Assembly (NCBI GenBank): GCA_964486075.1 | Contig: CAZALU010000006.1 | Span: 55 to 64,054 of the forward strand | Direction of reading: 5' to 3' | Length of the DNA: 64,000 nt | Source of the DNA: an uncultured Verrucomicrobiota bacterium | Lineage (GTDB): Bacteria > Verrucomicrobiota > Kiritimatiellia > JAAZAB01 | Part shown: positions 38,740 to 48,598 of the stretch, piece by piece | Position numbering within the stretch: the first letter of the stretch is position 1 | How the letters are laid out: the number at the start of each line of letters is the position of its first letter | Program-made: the position numbers and the translations under genes | The notes under the pieces: model-generated | Databases searched by the model: none | Told to the model about the DNA's origin: nothing | Seen by the model: the letters and a program-made list of their open reading frames with translations, nothing else

Positions 38740-38966
38740 TATAGGCTCCTGATTAAAAGCTAAAAAGAATACCAACCCAGGCCCAAAAAGACAACGGTGT
38801 AAAATGCCAAGACATAAAATTCCGATTTTTGGCATGGTTCAAAAAAGAGTTACATATTTTGTCTTCCCGTGGGGCATACGCGTCATACCAGGCCCGATTT
38901 TTATATTTGCGTCTGCCCCTTCAAGCTGCCATGCTTCTTTATTTAACCAACCCAGGAGATGCGCAT

Positions 38967-41900
38967 ATGGAATCCTTTGCATTCATCATCGCGACGGGAA
39001 TACTCATGGCCGGTGTCTGTCAAACGCGTTCGGCAACTTTGGACAAAGACTGGCGCGTGCGCTACGAGCAAAATTCGTCAAATGCCGTAGTTTTCAATGA
39101 CTGGCTGGCGGCAACCGGAAGTTGGACTGAAAAACAAAACGAACTTCACAAACAGAACGACGACTCCGACGCCCTGCTGCTGCTGCGTGCGCCGGTTGTC
39201 CGGCAGGCGATCTGCGTCGAATACGAAGTCATGTCACAAGCCCCCGGCGATTTAAGCCTGCTGCTGGGCAGCGCCGACGGGACATTTCAAGACGCCCTTT
39301 TTGTGGGTATCGGCTCTCAGGGCAACAAGCTGCACAAGATCGTGTTCAACGGCAGGGAACTGGCAAAAACAGAGACGCATCAGCTCACTCCCGGAAAGTG
39401 GCACAAAATCAGGGTACTCCGGGAAAAAGGGAACATATCGCTCTTTATTGACGGCGAAAAAGTCCTTAAATCGCCGGATGCGCCCGAAGGTTATGCCGGG
39501 CCCTATCTGGCCCTCTACGGATGGAACGCAGGCGCTTTCCGCAATTTTAAGGTGTCCGGCAAAGAAGATCCGGTTTTGATGAAATACCTCCAAGGCCGGG
39601 CCAGGGCGCGGGATATGCTGCTTGATTTCCCCTCTTTCGACCTTTACGCCTTCGCCGGGGCCAAGCGCAAAGAAATCGAAGCCGGCCAAAAACTGGTCTG
39701 CGAAAACCGCCCGACCGCCATGCGGCTCAAGTCCGAATCAAAGGTTATTTGCAAACAACCCGGCCGCTACATCGGCTGGCCGACCATCGCCAAAACTGCG
39801 GACGGTGAACTGCTGACCGTGTTCTCCGGAGATCGCGAAGAACATGTCTGCCCCTTCGGGAAAGACCAGCTGGTGCGCAGCAAGGATAACGGGGGAAGCT
39901 GGACTGCGCCGCAAACCATTCATGATTCGCCTCTGGATGACAGGGACGCTGGCCTCCTCGTAACACGCCAGGGCACGATAATTCTGAGCTGGTTCACGTG
40001 GGACTTCCCCGAATCCCAGATCACCAATAACGCCTCCTGGAACCTGGGCTGGCGCACTTATCTCGATTCGGTTACGCCAGCGGACCGGCGTAAACATCAC
40101 GGCTACTGGACCAGCCGCTCAATTGACAACGGCAAAACATGGGCCGAACCAGTCCGCACTCCATCCTCCGCGCCGCACGGCCCCATCCAACTCAAGGACG
40201 GACGCCTGCTCTACGTCGGCAAAGGGTGGATTGCCGAATTCGGTGGGCAGGCCTTGAGCGTGGCCGAATCGAAAGACGAGGGCCAAACATGGCAAACGAT
40301 CTGGGCGCAGCCCCTGACCAACGCTGAACAACAATGCCTCAGCGAGCCGCATGCCGTCGAACTTCCCGACGGGCGCATTATCGCCATGCTGCGCTACGAC
40401 GGATCGAAAACGGAAATCGAGGGCTATTTACAGCAGATCGAAAGCGCGGATGGTGGCCATTCCTGGACCGCGCCCGTCACGACCCCCATCTGGGGCCATC
40501 CGCCGCACCTGATCCTGCTGAAAGATGGACGGGTGCTGTGCAGCTACGGATACCGCAAAGCGCCGTTCGGCCAGCGCGCCTGCCTGAGCTATGACGGCGG
40601 CAAAACCTGGGATATCGAACACGAGATACTCGTCAGATCAGACGCCTTGAACGGCGACCTGGGTTACCCGGCATCGGTCGAACTCGCCGACGGAACAATC
40701 GTAACCGTCTATTACCAGGTAGACAAAGCGAACGAGACAACCTGCCTGATGATGACCCGCTGGACACCGCCACCGTTCGACCCGCCGGCAAAACACAATA
40801 CCGGCCTGAGCGTAAGTATGGGTGCGCCGGTTGTCATTGCGCTTGCTCCCCCCGCAGAAAGGCGTTGGGGTTTCTACCAATTCCCGATTTTTAAGCGCAC
40901 CAAAGCCGGGGATATCCTGGCCTCGTTCCATGTCGGGGACGATTCGCACGACGGCGCCGGCGAGCATCAGGCAGCGCCGTATTTCATATCAAAAGACAAA
41001 GGCAAAACCTGGGCCACCTTCAACGACAGTGCACAGGTTGTGTCCGGAAAAACATTAAAAGACGGCAGCACGCTTGAGTTCGACCGCTTTCCCCGCATCA
41101 GCGCTTCCGAACTCGGGCTTACTCCGGTGCGCACAGGCATCAGGGACAGCCCCGCCTACGGCAATTGCTTTGACCTTTATCTTTTCGAGGATTTACCGGA
41201 TAACATACGCGGCGCTCCGGTTGTTTTGCGCACCACAGACAGCCTTAAAGACGAGGCCATAACCGCAAAAATAGATTTTCCGGGAGCAGCTGTGCGCGCT
41301 TATGTTAAGACCTGGACATCCGGCGGCGCCGTCAAGCTGCCCGGGTACCTGTATAACAACTTGCCGCCGCTGACGCTGGCCTTGAAAAATAAAAGTTGTG
41401 TTGAACTGTCCAACGGCGCCTTGCTCTGCGCGGTCAACTCGGAACGCATAGACGAAAATCATCCGGACCTGCCCGGCAACCCGCAAATGTATCTACTCGC
41501 ATCACTGGATCAGGGACGCTCCTGGAAATTAAGCTCAACAATCGCCTGCATTCCGGAACGAGTTAAGCATGGCTTGTGGGAACAAACGCTCCAGATCCTG
41601 CCAGGCGGCAGGCTGATGTGCATTATGCGCAGTGAAGTCGGCGGATCAAGCCCGCGGGCCCTGTGGATAGCTACGTCGGACGATAACGGATTGACCTGGG
41701 ATGATCCGCGCATACTTAACGGCTTCGGAGTTGAACCGGAAGCACTGGTCCTGAAGAATGGCATCAGCGTAGTATCCTACGGACGGCCCGGGGTTGAATT
41801 GCGGTTCTGTGCCGACGGACTAGGCGAAAAATGGACGGAACCTTATGTCATTCAGTCGCCAGCCTCCTGCGGCTACACTCAACTCATGTCAACCGGCGAC

Positions 41901-42005
41901 GACAGCTTCCTGGTCATCTTCTCCGACTTTTGCCACAGGGATACCGACTGGCAATTGCACAAGAGTATAAAAGTCATGCAAATCAAGGTGACGCCCGGCA
42001 AGTGA
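38967..42005 (+). CDS. secreted BNR/Asp-box repeat protein (sialidase-like double beta-propeller) with N-terminal LamG/ConA-like domain
   Basis: 8 SxDxGxTW boxes (SKDNGGSWT, SIDNGKTWA, SKDEGQTWQ, SADGGHSWT, SYDGGKTWD, SKDKGKTWA, SLDQGRSWK, SDDNGLTWD); signal peptide at MESFAFIIATGILMAG. Confidence 0.7.
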   Translation: MESFAFIIATGILMAGVCQTRSATLDKDWRVRYEQNSSNAVVFNDWLAATGSWTEKQNELHKQNDDSDALLLLRAPVVRQAICVEYEVMSQAPGDLSLLLGSADGTFQDALFVGIGSQGNKLHKIVFNGRELAKTETHQLTPGKWHKIRVLREKGNISLFIDGEKVLKSPDAPEGYAGPYLALYGWNAGAFRNFKVSGKEDPVLMKYLQGRARARDMLLDFPSFDLYAFAGAKRKEIEAGQKLVCENRPTAMRLKSESKVICKQPGRYIGWPTIAKTADGELLTVFSGDREEHVCPFGKDQLVRSKDNGGSWTAPQTIHDSPLDDRDAGLLVTRQGTIILSWFTWDFPESQITNNASWNLGWRTYLDSVTPADRRKHHGYWTSRSIDNGKTWAEPVRTPSSAPHGPIQLKDGRLLYVGKGWIAEFGGQALSVAESKDEGQTWQTIWAQPLTNAEQQCLSEPHAVELPDGRIIAMLRYDGSKTEIEGYLQQIESADGGHSWTAPVTTPIWGHPPHLILLKDGRVLCSYGYRKAPFGQRACLSYDGGKTWDIEHEILVRSDALNGDLGYPASVELADGTIVTVYYQVDKANETTCLMMTRWTPPPFDPPAKHNTGLSVSMGAPVVIALAPPAERRWGFYQFPIFKRTKAGDILASFHVGDDSHDGAGEHQAAPYFISKDKGKTWATFNDSAQVVSGKTLKDGSTLEFDRFPRISASELGLTPVRTGIRDSPAYGNCFDLYLFEDLPDNIRGAPVVLRTTDSLKDEAITAKIDFPGAAVRAYVKTWTSGGAVKLPGYLYNNLPPLTLALKNKSCVELSNGALLCAVNSERIDENHPDLPGNPQMYLLASLDQGRSWKLSSTIACIPERVKHGLWEQTLQILPGGRLMCIMRSEVGGSSPRALWIATSDDNGLTWDDPRILNGFGVEPEALVLKNGISVVSYGRPGVELRFCADGLGEKWTEPYVIQSPASCGYTQLMSTGDDSFLVIFSDFCHRDTDWQLHKSIKVMQIKVTPGK

Positions 42006-42043
42006 TCCGCACGACGGCGGACACACCAGCATCGTATCCCAAT

Positions 42044-42174
42044 GAGGCTCTTGCAAAACCCCTGCGGACGCGACGGAGCGCGTCCCTCCAGTTCTAAAAC
42101 CAGTCTGTTAGCGCGACCTCGGGAGGGCCACGCTTCGTCGTGGCCATCTTCAGCAGGGGTTTTGCAAGAGCCTC
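42044..42174. repeat. 130-bp nested palindromic element (22-bp perfect outer arms GAGGCTCTTGCAAAACCCCTGC / GCAGGGGTTTTGCAAGAGCCTC with two inner hairpins)
   Basis: between convergent genes; partial copy at 48504-48550. Confidence 0.75.
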
Positions 42175-42338
42175 CAATAACAGGTTGAAAATTGCCCCTC
42201 TTGGCCGAGAATTTTCATTGGTACGATCCGACCAGATAACTTCAGACTTCCTGATCCGGGCGCAACACAGGCTGGCACATCCAGTGGTTTAACGCCAGTC
42301 AGCCCGGATCAGGCAGTCTGAGTACAACGATCGCAAGG

Positions 42339-44627
42339 CTAGCCCGCCGCCGGCACATCGTTTTTCAGCCAGTCCTCAACGGTCCGGATTTGTGCCAGCG
42401 TGCCCAACACCAATAGGGCATCACCAGGTTGAAGTTGTTCAGCGGCGCCGGGATTGATAATTTTTGCGCCGGCGCGATCAAGGCCGATGATCTGCAAGCC
42501 GAATTGACCGGCAATGTTTAAGCGCCCGATCGGCTGGGCACAGTACAGGCAGTTTTCCGGAACGTAAATTGTTTCCAGGTGCACGTCCTCTATCTGATCG
42601 GCAGCGCTTTCATCCATGGACCAGGCCTGGAGAAAAGCGTGGGCGGCCTTGATGTTTTCAGGCATGCCGATGAGCAGCAGTTTATCCTGCGGGTAAAGCG
42701 CGGCGGAGGCGGCGGGATTCATCGTCAGCTCGCCCTGGCGCTCGATGCCGGCAACCATAACGCCGAATCGCGAACGGATGGCCAGTTCATCCAGTGTTTT
42801 CCTGCTATGCCGGGAATGATCGGGCAGCACACATTCCTCGACCCGCAAGTTCCAGTCGGTCATGGAATCCAATCGCTGCGGACCTGGCGTCGACGCTTTC
42901 TGGCGCACCAGGCGATCCAGCCGGCCCTCGACCACGCTGTGCCAATAGATCATTCTCCGCCAGAACACGGCCGCCACAGCAACCAGGCCGCCCGCCACCA
43001 GCGCCGGAATCCAGCCGGCCTGCGCACGAAAGGGAAAAACCATCCAAATCCAAGCGACCAGCAGGAACGCCGCCACGACTCTGAGCAGGCGCTCAAGGGC
43101 CATGGTATAAGGACTATGCGGCTGCTTGCGGATGACGCTCTGCGCGAACATAAGCGCCAAAGCCGACAAATTTCGCCAGATCGCGATCATCGAGATCAGC
43201 AGCAGACAACCGATAACAGCCCAGAACACGGCGATGCCGCTCAGGAATGAATCCGGCGCCAGGCCGGCCCAGGCAAACAGGCGTTCGCCCAGGTTTTCCG
43301 AAAAAACAAGGATCCCGCTGACAAACAGCACCTCGACGCCAATCTGCAGCAGACGTTTGCGCATGAAGCGCCAGAGCCGGCTGGACCCCTTGCGTTGGCG
43401 CAAGCGCACCAACAGTCTTTGGTAGGCATTCAGCAAACCATTGACAGCCGAAGGTAGGCGTTGTTCCAATGCGCGCGCCAGGGATTCCGAACGCGGCACA
43501 ACCAGGGTCGCGGACATTGTCGTCAGCAAGCAAATGCCGACGACCATGGGGTAATAGGTACGTGGCAAAATACCGGCGGTCACACCCAGCATGACAATCA
43601 CAAACGACACTTCGCCAATCGGGGTCAAGGTCAGCCCGACACGCAACGCTTCAGCAAACATACGGCCCGAGACCAATTGGGCAAAAGTGTGAATTGCCGT
43701 CCGTCCGAAAAAAACCAATGCCGCCACGAGCAACATTTGCGGCCAGATTTCGCGAAAAAGCGACACCTCGATCTGCATGCCGATGGCCACAAAGAAAACG
43801 GCGGTAAAGATATCATTGACGCCCGCAAATGAGCGTTCAATCTGTTCGCGCTGGGCAGTTTCCGCGACCACGACCCCGATCAAAAATGCGCCCAGCGCCA
43901 GGCTGTAGCCCGCTTTGGCGGCCAACAGGGCCAGCAGCAGCAACAAAGCGGCGACCATAATCGACTGCAGTTCGGGCGTAGCCCGGCGTTGCAGCAGGGA
44001 AAGAAAGCGCGGAACCGTCAAGAGGGCGGCCACCGCCACGACCACCATGAAAGCCATAAAAATGCCGATAGCACCTACCAAAGAAGATACTTCAAACTGG
44101 CCCAAGCGGATCCAGGAACCCAGGATGCCAAACATGAACATAGCCGCCCAATCCTCAACCAGGGTTATGCCCATGGCCGCCTGGCCGAAGCGCTGGTGAA
44201 TCAAGCCGGTCTCATGCAGCATTTTGCCGATGATCGCGGAGCTGGACACCAGCAGTATCCCCGCCAGAAACATACTCGGCAAAAGATCCAGCCGCAACAG
44301 CCAGCCCGCGGCACGGCAGGCCAGGATGACCAGAGCAACACCGATTGCAGATGCGATAAACAACTGCGGACCCAGGTTCCTCAATTTTCTAAAACTCATG
44401 CTCAGGCCGATGGCAAACATCAGGAACACGAGTCCAATCTGGGACAACACCTGGATGCGCCCGGTATCGAAGACCAGCGAGAAAGGCGGCGTATATGGAC
44501 CAATCAGCATTCCGGCCAACAGGTAGCCGATAGTAGTTGAGAGTCCCAGGCCGCGGCAAATCCAGCCGGCCACTCCCGCGGCTGCCAGCACGATGGCCAA
44601 ATCCTGGATAAAATCAACGCTGATCAT
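42339..44627 (-). CDS. cation:proton antiporter (CPA family) with C-terminal TrkA-C/RCK_C domains
   Basis: about 12 TM N-terminal exchanger + two RCK_C-like C-terminal domains. Confidence 0.7.
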   Translation of the reverse strand: MISVDFIQDLAIVLAAAGVAGWICRGLGLSTTIGYLLAGMLIGPYTPPFSLVFDTGRIQVLSQIGLVFLMFAIGLSMSFRKLRNLGPQLFIASAIGVALVILACRAAGWLLRLDLLPSMFLAGILLVSSSAIIGKMLHETGLIHQRFGQAAMGITLVEDWAAMFMFGILGSWIRLGQFEVSSLVGAIGIFMAFMVVVAVAALLTVPRFLSLLQRRATPELQSIMVAALLLLLALLAAKAGYSLALGAFLIGVVVAETAQREQIERSFAGVNDIFTAVFFVAIGMQIEVSLFREIWPQMLLVAALVFFGRTAIHTFAQLVSGRMFAEALRVGLTLTPIGEVSFVIVMLGVTAGILPRTYYPMVVGICLLTTMSATLVVPRSESLARALEQRLPSAVNGLLNAYQRLLVRLRQRKGSSRLWRFMRKRLLQIGVEVLFVSGILVFSENLGERLFAWAGLAPDSFLSGIAVFWAVIGCLLLISMIAIWRNLSALALMFAQSVIRKQPHSPYTMALERLLRVVAAFLLVAWIWMVFPFRAQAGWIPALVAGGLVAVAAVFWRRMIYWHSVVEGRLDRLVRQKASTPGPQRLDSMTDWNLRVEECVLPDHSRHSRKTLDELAIRSRFGVMVAGIERQGELTMNPAASAALYPQDKLLLIGMPENIKAAHAFLQAWSMDESAADQIEDVHLETIYVPENCLYCAQPIGRLNIAGQFGLQIIGLDRAGAKIINPGAAEQLQPGDALLVLGTLAQIRTVEDWLKNDVPAAG

Positions 44628-44666
44628 GATCGTTTGCTCCACGTGTTTGCGCGCCACCTACTCCGC

Positions 44667-45695
44667 TTAATCGCGGCATAAACCGACCATGGCCCGCTCC
44701 AGCACCATGGCTTCCGGGAGCGATTGTTCCAGCTGGTCTTTCATGGCCTCCACGATCCGTATATTATCCAACGCCTGCCGGTATGTTAATCCGGTCGCCG
44801 CGGCCTGAACTTGGCAGGCCTCGTCCTGGAAATACCACAGGTCCGACCCCAGCCCGCAAACACAGAATAAAATATCCCGACACCAGAACAACAGCCAGCG
44901 CACGGCCAGCATTCGACGTTCACGGTATTGGCCCTCAATCCGTGCATCAACGGCATCCGCCATCTGCTTGCGGATCGCTAAATCCACGTCCGAGCGCCCC
45001 GGCTGCTCCCGCCCCATTTTTTCAAAAATTTCGGATTCCGCGGCCGCGGCTTCCCCATCCTGCGCCTCCTCCTTGAGTGCCTTGAAAAGGTCCAACATCG
45101 CACGTGCGCGCACGATCGCGCCAATCACGCCCGGCGCATCGGATCGCGTTACGATCTCAAGGATCGCCGCTTTCAACACCGCTTCCTCCTCCGAATTTTC
45201 ACCGGACAGGATCACGCGTTGACAGCGCGAAACGATAGTGGACAAGAGAAATTCTGGTTTGCTGCTCAACAGCAGGAAAATACATTTTTTCGGAGGCTCC
45301 TCGAGGGTCTTCAAGAGCTTGTTGGCAGCGACCTCGTTGAGGCGTTCGGCATGCACCAGCACCACGGCTTTCCAGCCGCCCTCCAGCGATGTCTGAAAGA
45401 TATGTTGCTGGATTTCCTCAACCTGATCTTTCTGGATTGTCCGCGATTTTTTACGAGGTTCCATCCAGAGCAGATCAGGGTGCGACCGCCGCGCAATCCT
45501 CCGGCAGCCCGAACATGCCCGACAGGGGCGTTCGCCGGATGCGGAACAATACAGAGTAACCAGCAGTTCATCCGCGAATTGGCCGGCATCGCCGCGTGGA
45601 TTACCGATAACCAGGTAGGCCTGGGCCATACGTCCGGAGGCAATGCCCTTGCGGATCGCGGCCAGGGCCGTTTGCGTTTCATTGATCGAGGACAC
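44667..45695 (-). CDS. holB: DNA polymerase III delta' subunit
   Basis: AYLVIGNPRGDAG, zinc module CRACSGC, LLKTLEEPP, SRCQ. Confidence 0.8.
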   Translation of the reverse strand: MSSINETQTALAAIRKGIASGRMAQAYLVIGNPRGDAGQFADELLVTLYCSASGERPCRACSGCRRIARRSHPDLLWMEPRKKSRTIQKDQVEEIQQHIFQTSLEGGWKAVVLVHAERLNEVAANKLLKTLEEPPKKCIFLLLSSKPEFLLSTIVSRCQRVILSGENSEEEAVLKAAILEIVTRSDAPGVIGAIVRARAMLDLFKALKEEAQDGEAAAAESEIFEKMGREQPGRSDVDLAIRKQMADAVDARIEGQYRERRMLAVRWLLFWCRDILFCVCGLGSDLWYFQDEACQVQAAATGLTYRQALDNIRIVEAMKDQLEQSLPEAMVLERAMVGLCRD

Positions 45696-46326
45696 GCTGC
45701 ACGACCCTCCAGATTTCTTCTTGAACCGCAGGCATCGCGCCGGAAGTATCTACGCGTCGGATGCGATCCGGCCAGCGCCGGGCCAAGTCCAGAAAGCCGG
45801 CGCGCACTTTTTCGTGAAAAACCTGGGACTCGCGCTCGATGCGGTCCTTGCGTGAAGCGTCGCCGGCATTGCGGGTATTGAGCCGCGCAAAACCGGTGGC
45901 AATCGGGATGTCCAGCAGGAGCGTCAAATCCGGCACCAGCCCCTGGACGGCCAGGTCATTGACCATCAGAATGCGCTCGAGGTCGAATCCCCGCCCGGCG
46001 CCCTGGTAAGCGCAGGTCGAATCCGCGAAGCGGTCGCAAATCACATGGACGCCTTCGGCCAGGGCCGGCAGGATCAGGCGCGTAACCAGCTGGGCCCGGC
46101 TGGCCATAAAAAGAAAAAGTTCGGCTTCCCGGCATAGCGGTTCAGTCGGCAAATCCTGCTGAAGTATGCGGCGGATGGCTTCCCCGGCCTGGGTGCCGCC
46201 CGGATCGCGCACCGCACTAACTGGGTATTTACCATCCAGCATGCGCTCGACCAGCAGTTTGAGGTGCGTGGACTTGCCGCTGCCTTCCGGACCCTCGATT
46301 GTAATAAATTTACCGCGCCGGGTCAT
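45679..46326 (-). CDS. tmk: thymidylate kinase
   Basis: GKFITIEGPEGSGKST P-loop; DRF lid. Confidence 0.85.
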   Translation of the reverse strand: MTRRGKFITIEGPEGSGKSTHLKLLVERMLDGKYPVSAVRDPGGTQAGEAIRRILQQDLPTEPLCREAELFLFMASRAQLVTRLILPALAEGVHVICDRFADSTCAYQGAGRGFDLERILMVNDLAVQGLVPDLTLLLDIPIATGFARLNTRNAGDASRKDRIERESQVFHEKVRAGFLDLARRWPDRIRRVDTSGAMPAVQEEIWRVVQRVLDQ

Positions 46327-47732
46327 GCTTGCCCCTTTGGTTTCAACTGATACCCTTCGGCCGTATCCTGGACAAGCCATCCGCGGGTTTCCAGCAAGCC
46401 TCGCAGGCGGTCGGCCTCGGCCCAGTTTTTGGCTTTGCGCGCCGCGATCCGTTCCGTCGCCAAACGGATAACTTCCACATCGGGCTTCATCTCGGGTTTC
46501 TCCAGAAACCCGAGCACGCGGTCGAGCGACTTGAGGACGCCGCTGACCCGGCCGGCCTCGGCCGGCGACAGGGATTTCGCGTCCAAACGTTTGTTGCCCT
46601 CGCGCACGAGATCGAAAAGTGCCGCCATGGCCAGCGGGGCATTCAGATCGTCGTCCAGCGCTTGCTCGAAACTGCGGCGCGCTTGATCGACCCAGGCGCC
46701 GGCTTCCGCCGCCGAGTCAGTTGGCCCTGCCTGAAGCGCCAGCCGGTCCTGGAACTCGTCCAGCCGATTGAGCGATGCGCGCGCCGCATCTAGGGCCGCA
46801 AAGCTAAAATTTAAGACCTGTCGATAGTGTCCCGTGAGCAGCGCGCAACGTATTTCCCGGCCCGTATAGCCGCGCCCAAGCAGATCCCGGAGCGTATAAA
46901 AGTTACCGAGGGATTTTGACATTTTCCGGCCGTCCACCACTAGGTGCGCACAGTGCATCCAGTATTTCACAAACGGCTTGCCCGTGGCCGCCTCGCTCTG
47001 CGCGATTTCATCCTCGTGATGCGGAAAGATGTTATCCACTCCGCCGGTATGCAGGTCAAAAGTGACTCCCAGGTAATGCATGCTCATCGCCGAGCATTCG
47101 ATATGCCAGCCCGGCCGTCCCCGCCCCCACGGCGCATCCCAGCCCACATCGCCGTCCCCCTCCGACCATGCCTTCCACAAGGCAAAATCGGCCAGGTTAT
47201 CCTTCTGGTATTCGTCCTGGTCAACCCGGGCGCCGGGTTTAAGACCGGCCATATCCAGATGCGCCAGTTTGCCGTAGGCCGGAAATTTGGCAATGCTGAA
47301 ATACACCGAGCCGTCTTCGGAACGGTATGCCGCGCCAGCCTGGAATAGTTTCTCAATCAGGGCAATCATCTCGGGAATATGCTCCGTGGCCGCCGGATAC
47401 TTTTCCGCCCGCTCGATATTAAGCGTCAGGATATCCGCGAAAAAGGCTTCTTTGAACGGACGGGTGTACTGATCAAGGGAAACCCCGGCTTGGCGGGCGC
47501 CTTTGATTGTTTTGTCATCTATATCCGTCAGGTTCATGACTTGGAACACCGTGAAGCCGAGGTATTCCAGATAGCGCCGGAGCAGGTCCTCGAAAAGATA
47601 TGCGCGGAAATTACCGATATGAGCGACATTGTAAACCGTCGGCCCACAGGTGTACAAGCGGACCTTGCCCGGCTCCAGCGGCTCAAACCGCTCCAGACGT
47701 CGCGATAATGTATTGAAAATCATTAAAGACAT
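46323..47732 (-). CDS. cysS: cysteinyl-tRNA synthetase
   Basis: HIGN, KMSKSLGN class I motifs. Confidence 0.9.
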   Translation of the reverse strand: MSLMIFNTLSRRLERFEPLEPGKVRLYTCGPTVYNVAHIGNFRAYLFEDLLRRYLEYLGFTVFQVMNLTDIDDKTIKGARQAGVSLDQYTRPFKEAFFADILTLNIERAEKYPAATEHIPEMIALIEKLFQAGAAYRSEDGSVYFSIAKFPAYGKLAHLDMAGLKPGARVDQDEYQKDNLADFALWKAWSEGDGDVGWDAPWGRGRPGWHIECSAMSMHYLGVTFDLHTGGVDNIFPHHEDEIAQSEAATGKPFVKYWMHCAHLVVDGRKMSKSLGNFYTLRDLLGRGYTGREIRCALLTGHYRQVLNFSFAALDAARASLNRLDEFQDRLALQAGPTDSAAEAGAWVDQARRSFEQALDDDLNAPLAMAALFDLVREGNKRLDAKSLSPAEAGRVSGVLKSLDRVLGFLEKPEMKPDVEVIRLATERIAARKAKNWAEADRLRGLLETRGWLVQDTAEGYQLKPKGQA

Positions 47733-47861
47733 ATGCTCGATTTTAAATTTGCGATTGCCGGTTTTCGATTAAAAACTGAGCGAATTGCACAAAGGCAGCC
47801 AGACTGAGCAGACAGAGCACACCCTACTCGTAACCAGATACTGCCTTCTGATCTCTGCGGC

Positions 47862-48386
47862 TCAGTGAGTCTGTGACTCTCTGATCTCTGACTGCTGATG
47901 TCCTTCTTCTCTTTCCTGCTCAACTGTGGCCACGGCCATCACGGCAATTCCTTCCCGGCGTCCCACGGCGCCCATGCCTTCCATGGTGGTCGCTTTGACT
48001 GAAACTCTATCCAGTCGAATCTGCAAAGCGCGGGCCAGGTTGGCGCAGATGGCCTCCCGCTGCGGTGCCAGGCGCGGATCCTCGGCCAGCACCACGGCAT
48101 CCACGTTAACTACCCGAGCCCGCCGCGCCGCCAGGCGCTCGCGGACCCGCGCCAGCAAGTCCAGGCTGTCGGCGCCTTTCCATTGCGGATCGGAATCCGG
48201 GAAATGCCGGCCTATGTCGCCATCCGCCACCGCCCCAAGCAGGGCATCGGCAACGGCATGACAGAGCACATCCGCGTCCGAATGCCCTTCCAGTCCCAGC
48301 GGATGTTCAAAAAGCACCCCGCCCAGAATCAGTTTCCGGCCGGATACCAGCCGGTGCGCATCAAAGCCTATACCCGTTCTAATCAT
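47862..48386 (-). CDS. ispF: 2-C-methyl-D-erythritol 2,4-cyclodiphosphate synthase
   Basis: IRTGIGFDAHRL...GHSDADVLCHAV. Confidence 0.85.
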   Translation of the reverse strand: MIRTGIGFDAHRLVSGRKLILGGVLFEHPLGLEGHSDADVLCHAVADALLGAVADGDIGRHFPDSDPQWKGADSLDLLARVRERLAARRARVVNVDAVVLAEDPRLAPQREAICANLARALQIRLDRVSVKATTMEGMGAVGRREGIAVMAVATVEQEREEGHQQSEIRESQTH

Positions 48387-48503
48387 GCCGTCTGCCTTCC
48401 AATTGCACCGCATAATAGCATGGGACGTCGCGGTTTCAACAGGAATCCACGGCAACCCGGGTTTGCAACGGTTAGGCAAAGATTCAAAACGGAAGTATCA
48501 GGG

Positions 48504-48550
48504 TCGTGGCCTTCTGCAGCAGGTGGTTGCAAGAGCCTCAATAAATCCTG
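48504..48550. repeat. partial copy (right arm) of the 42-kb palindromic element
   Basis: TCGTGGCCTTCTGCAGCAGGTGGTTGCAAGAGCCTCAATAA about 85% identical to 42135-42180. Confidence 0.55.
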
Positions 48551-48598
48551 TCGGCAGATTTTCGCGTAATTCGCGATTAACTCAGGCCGCTGAAGCTG

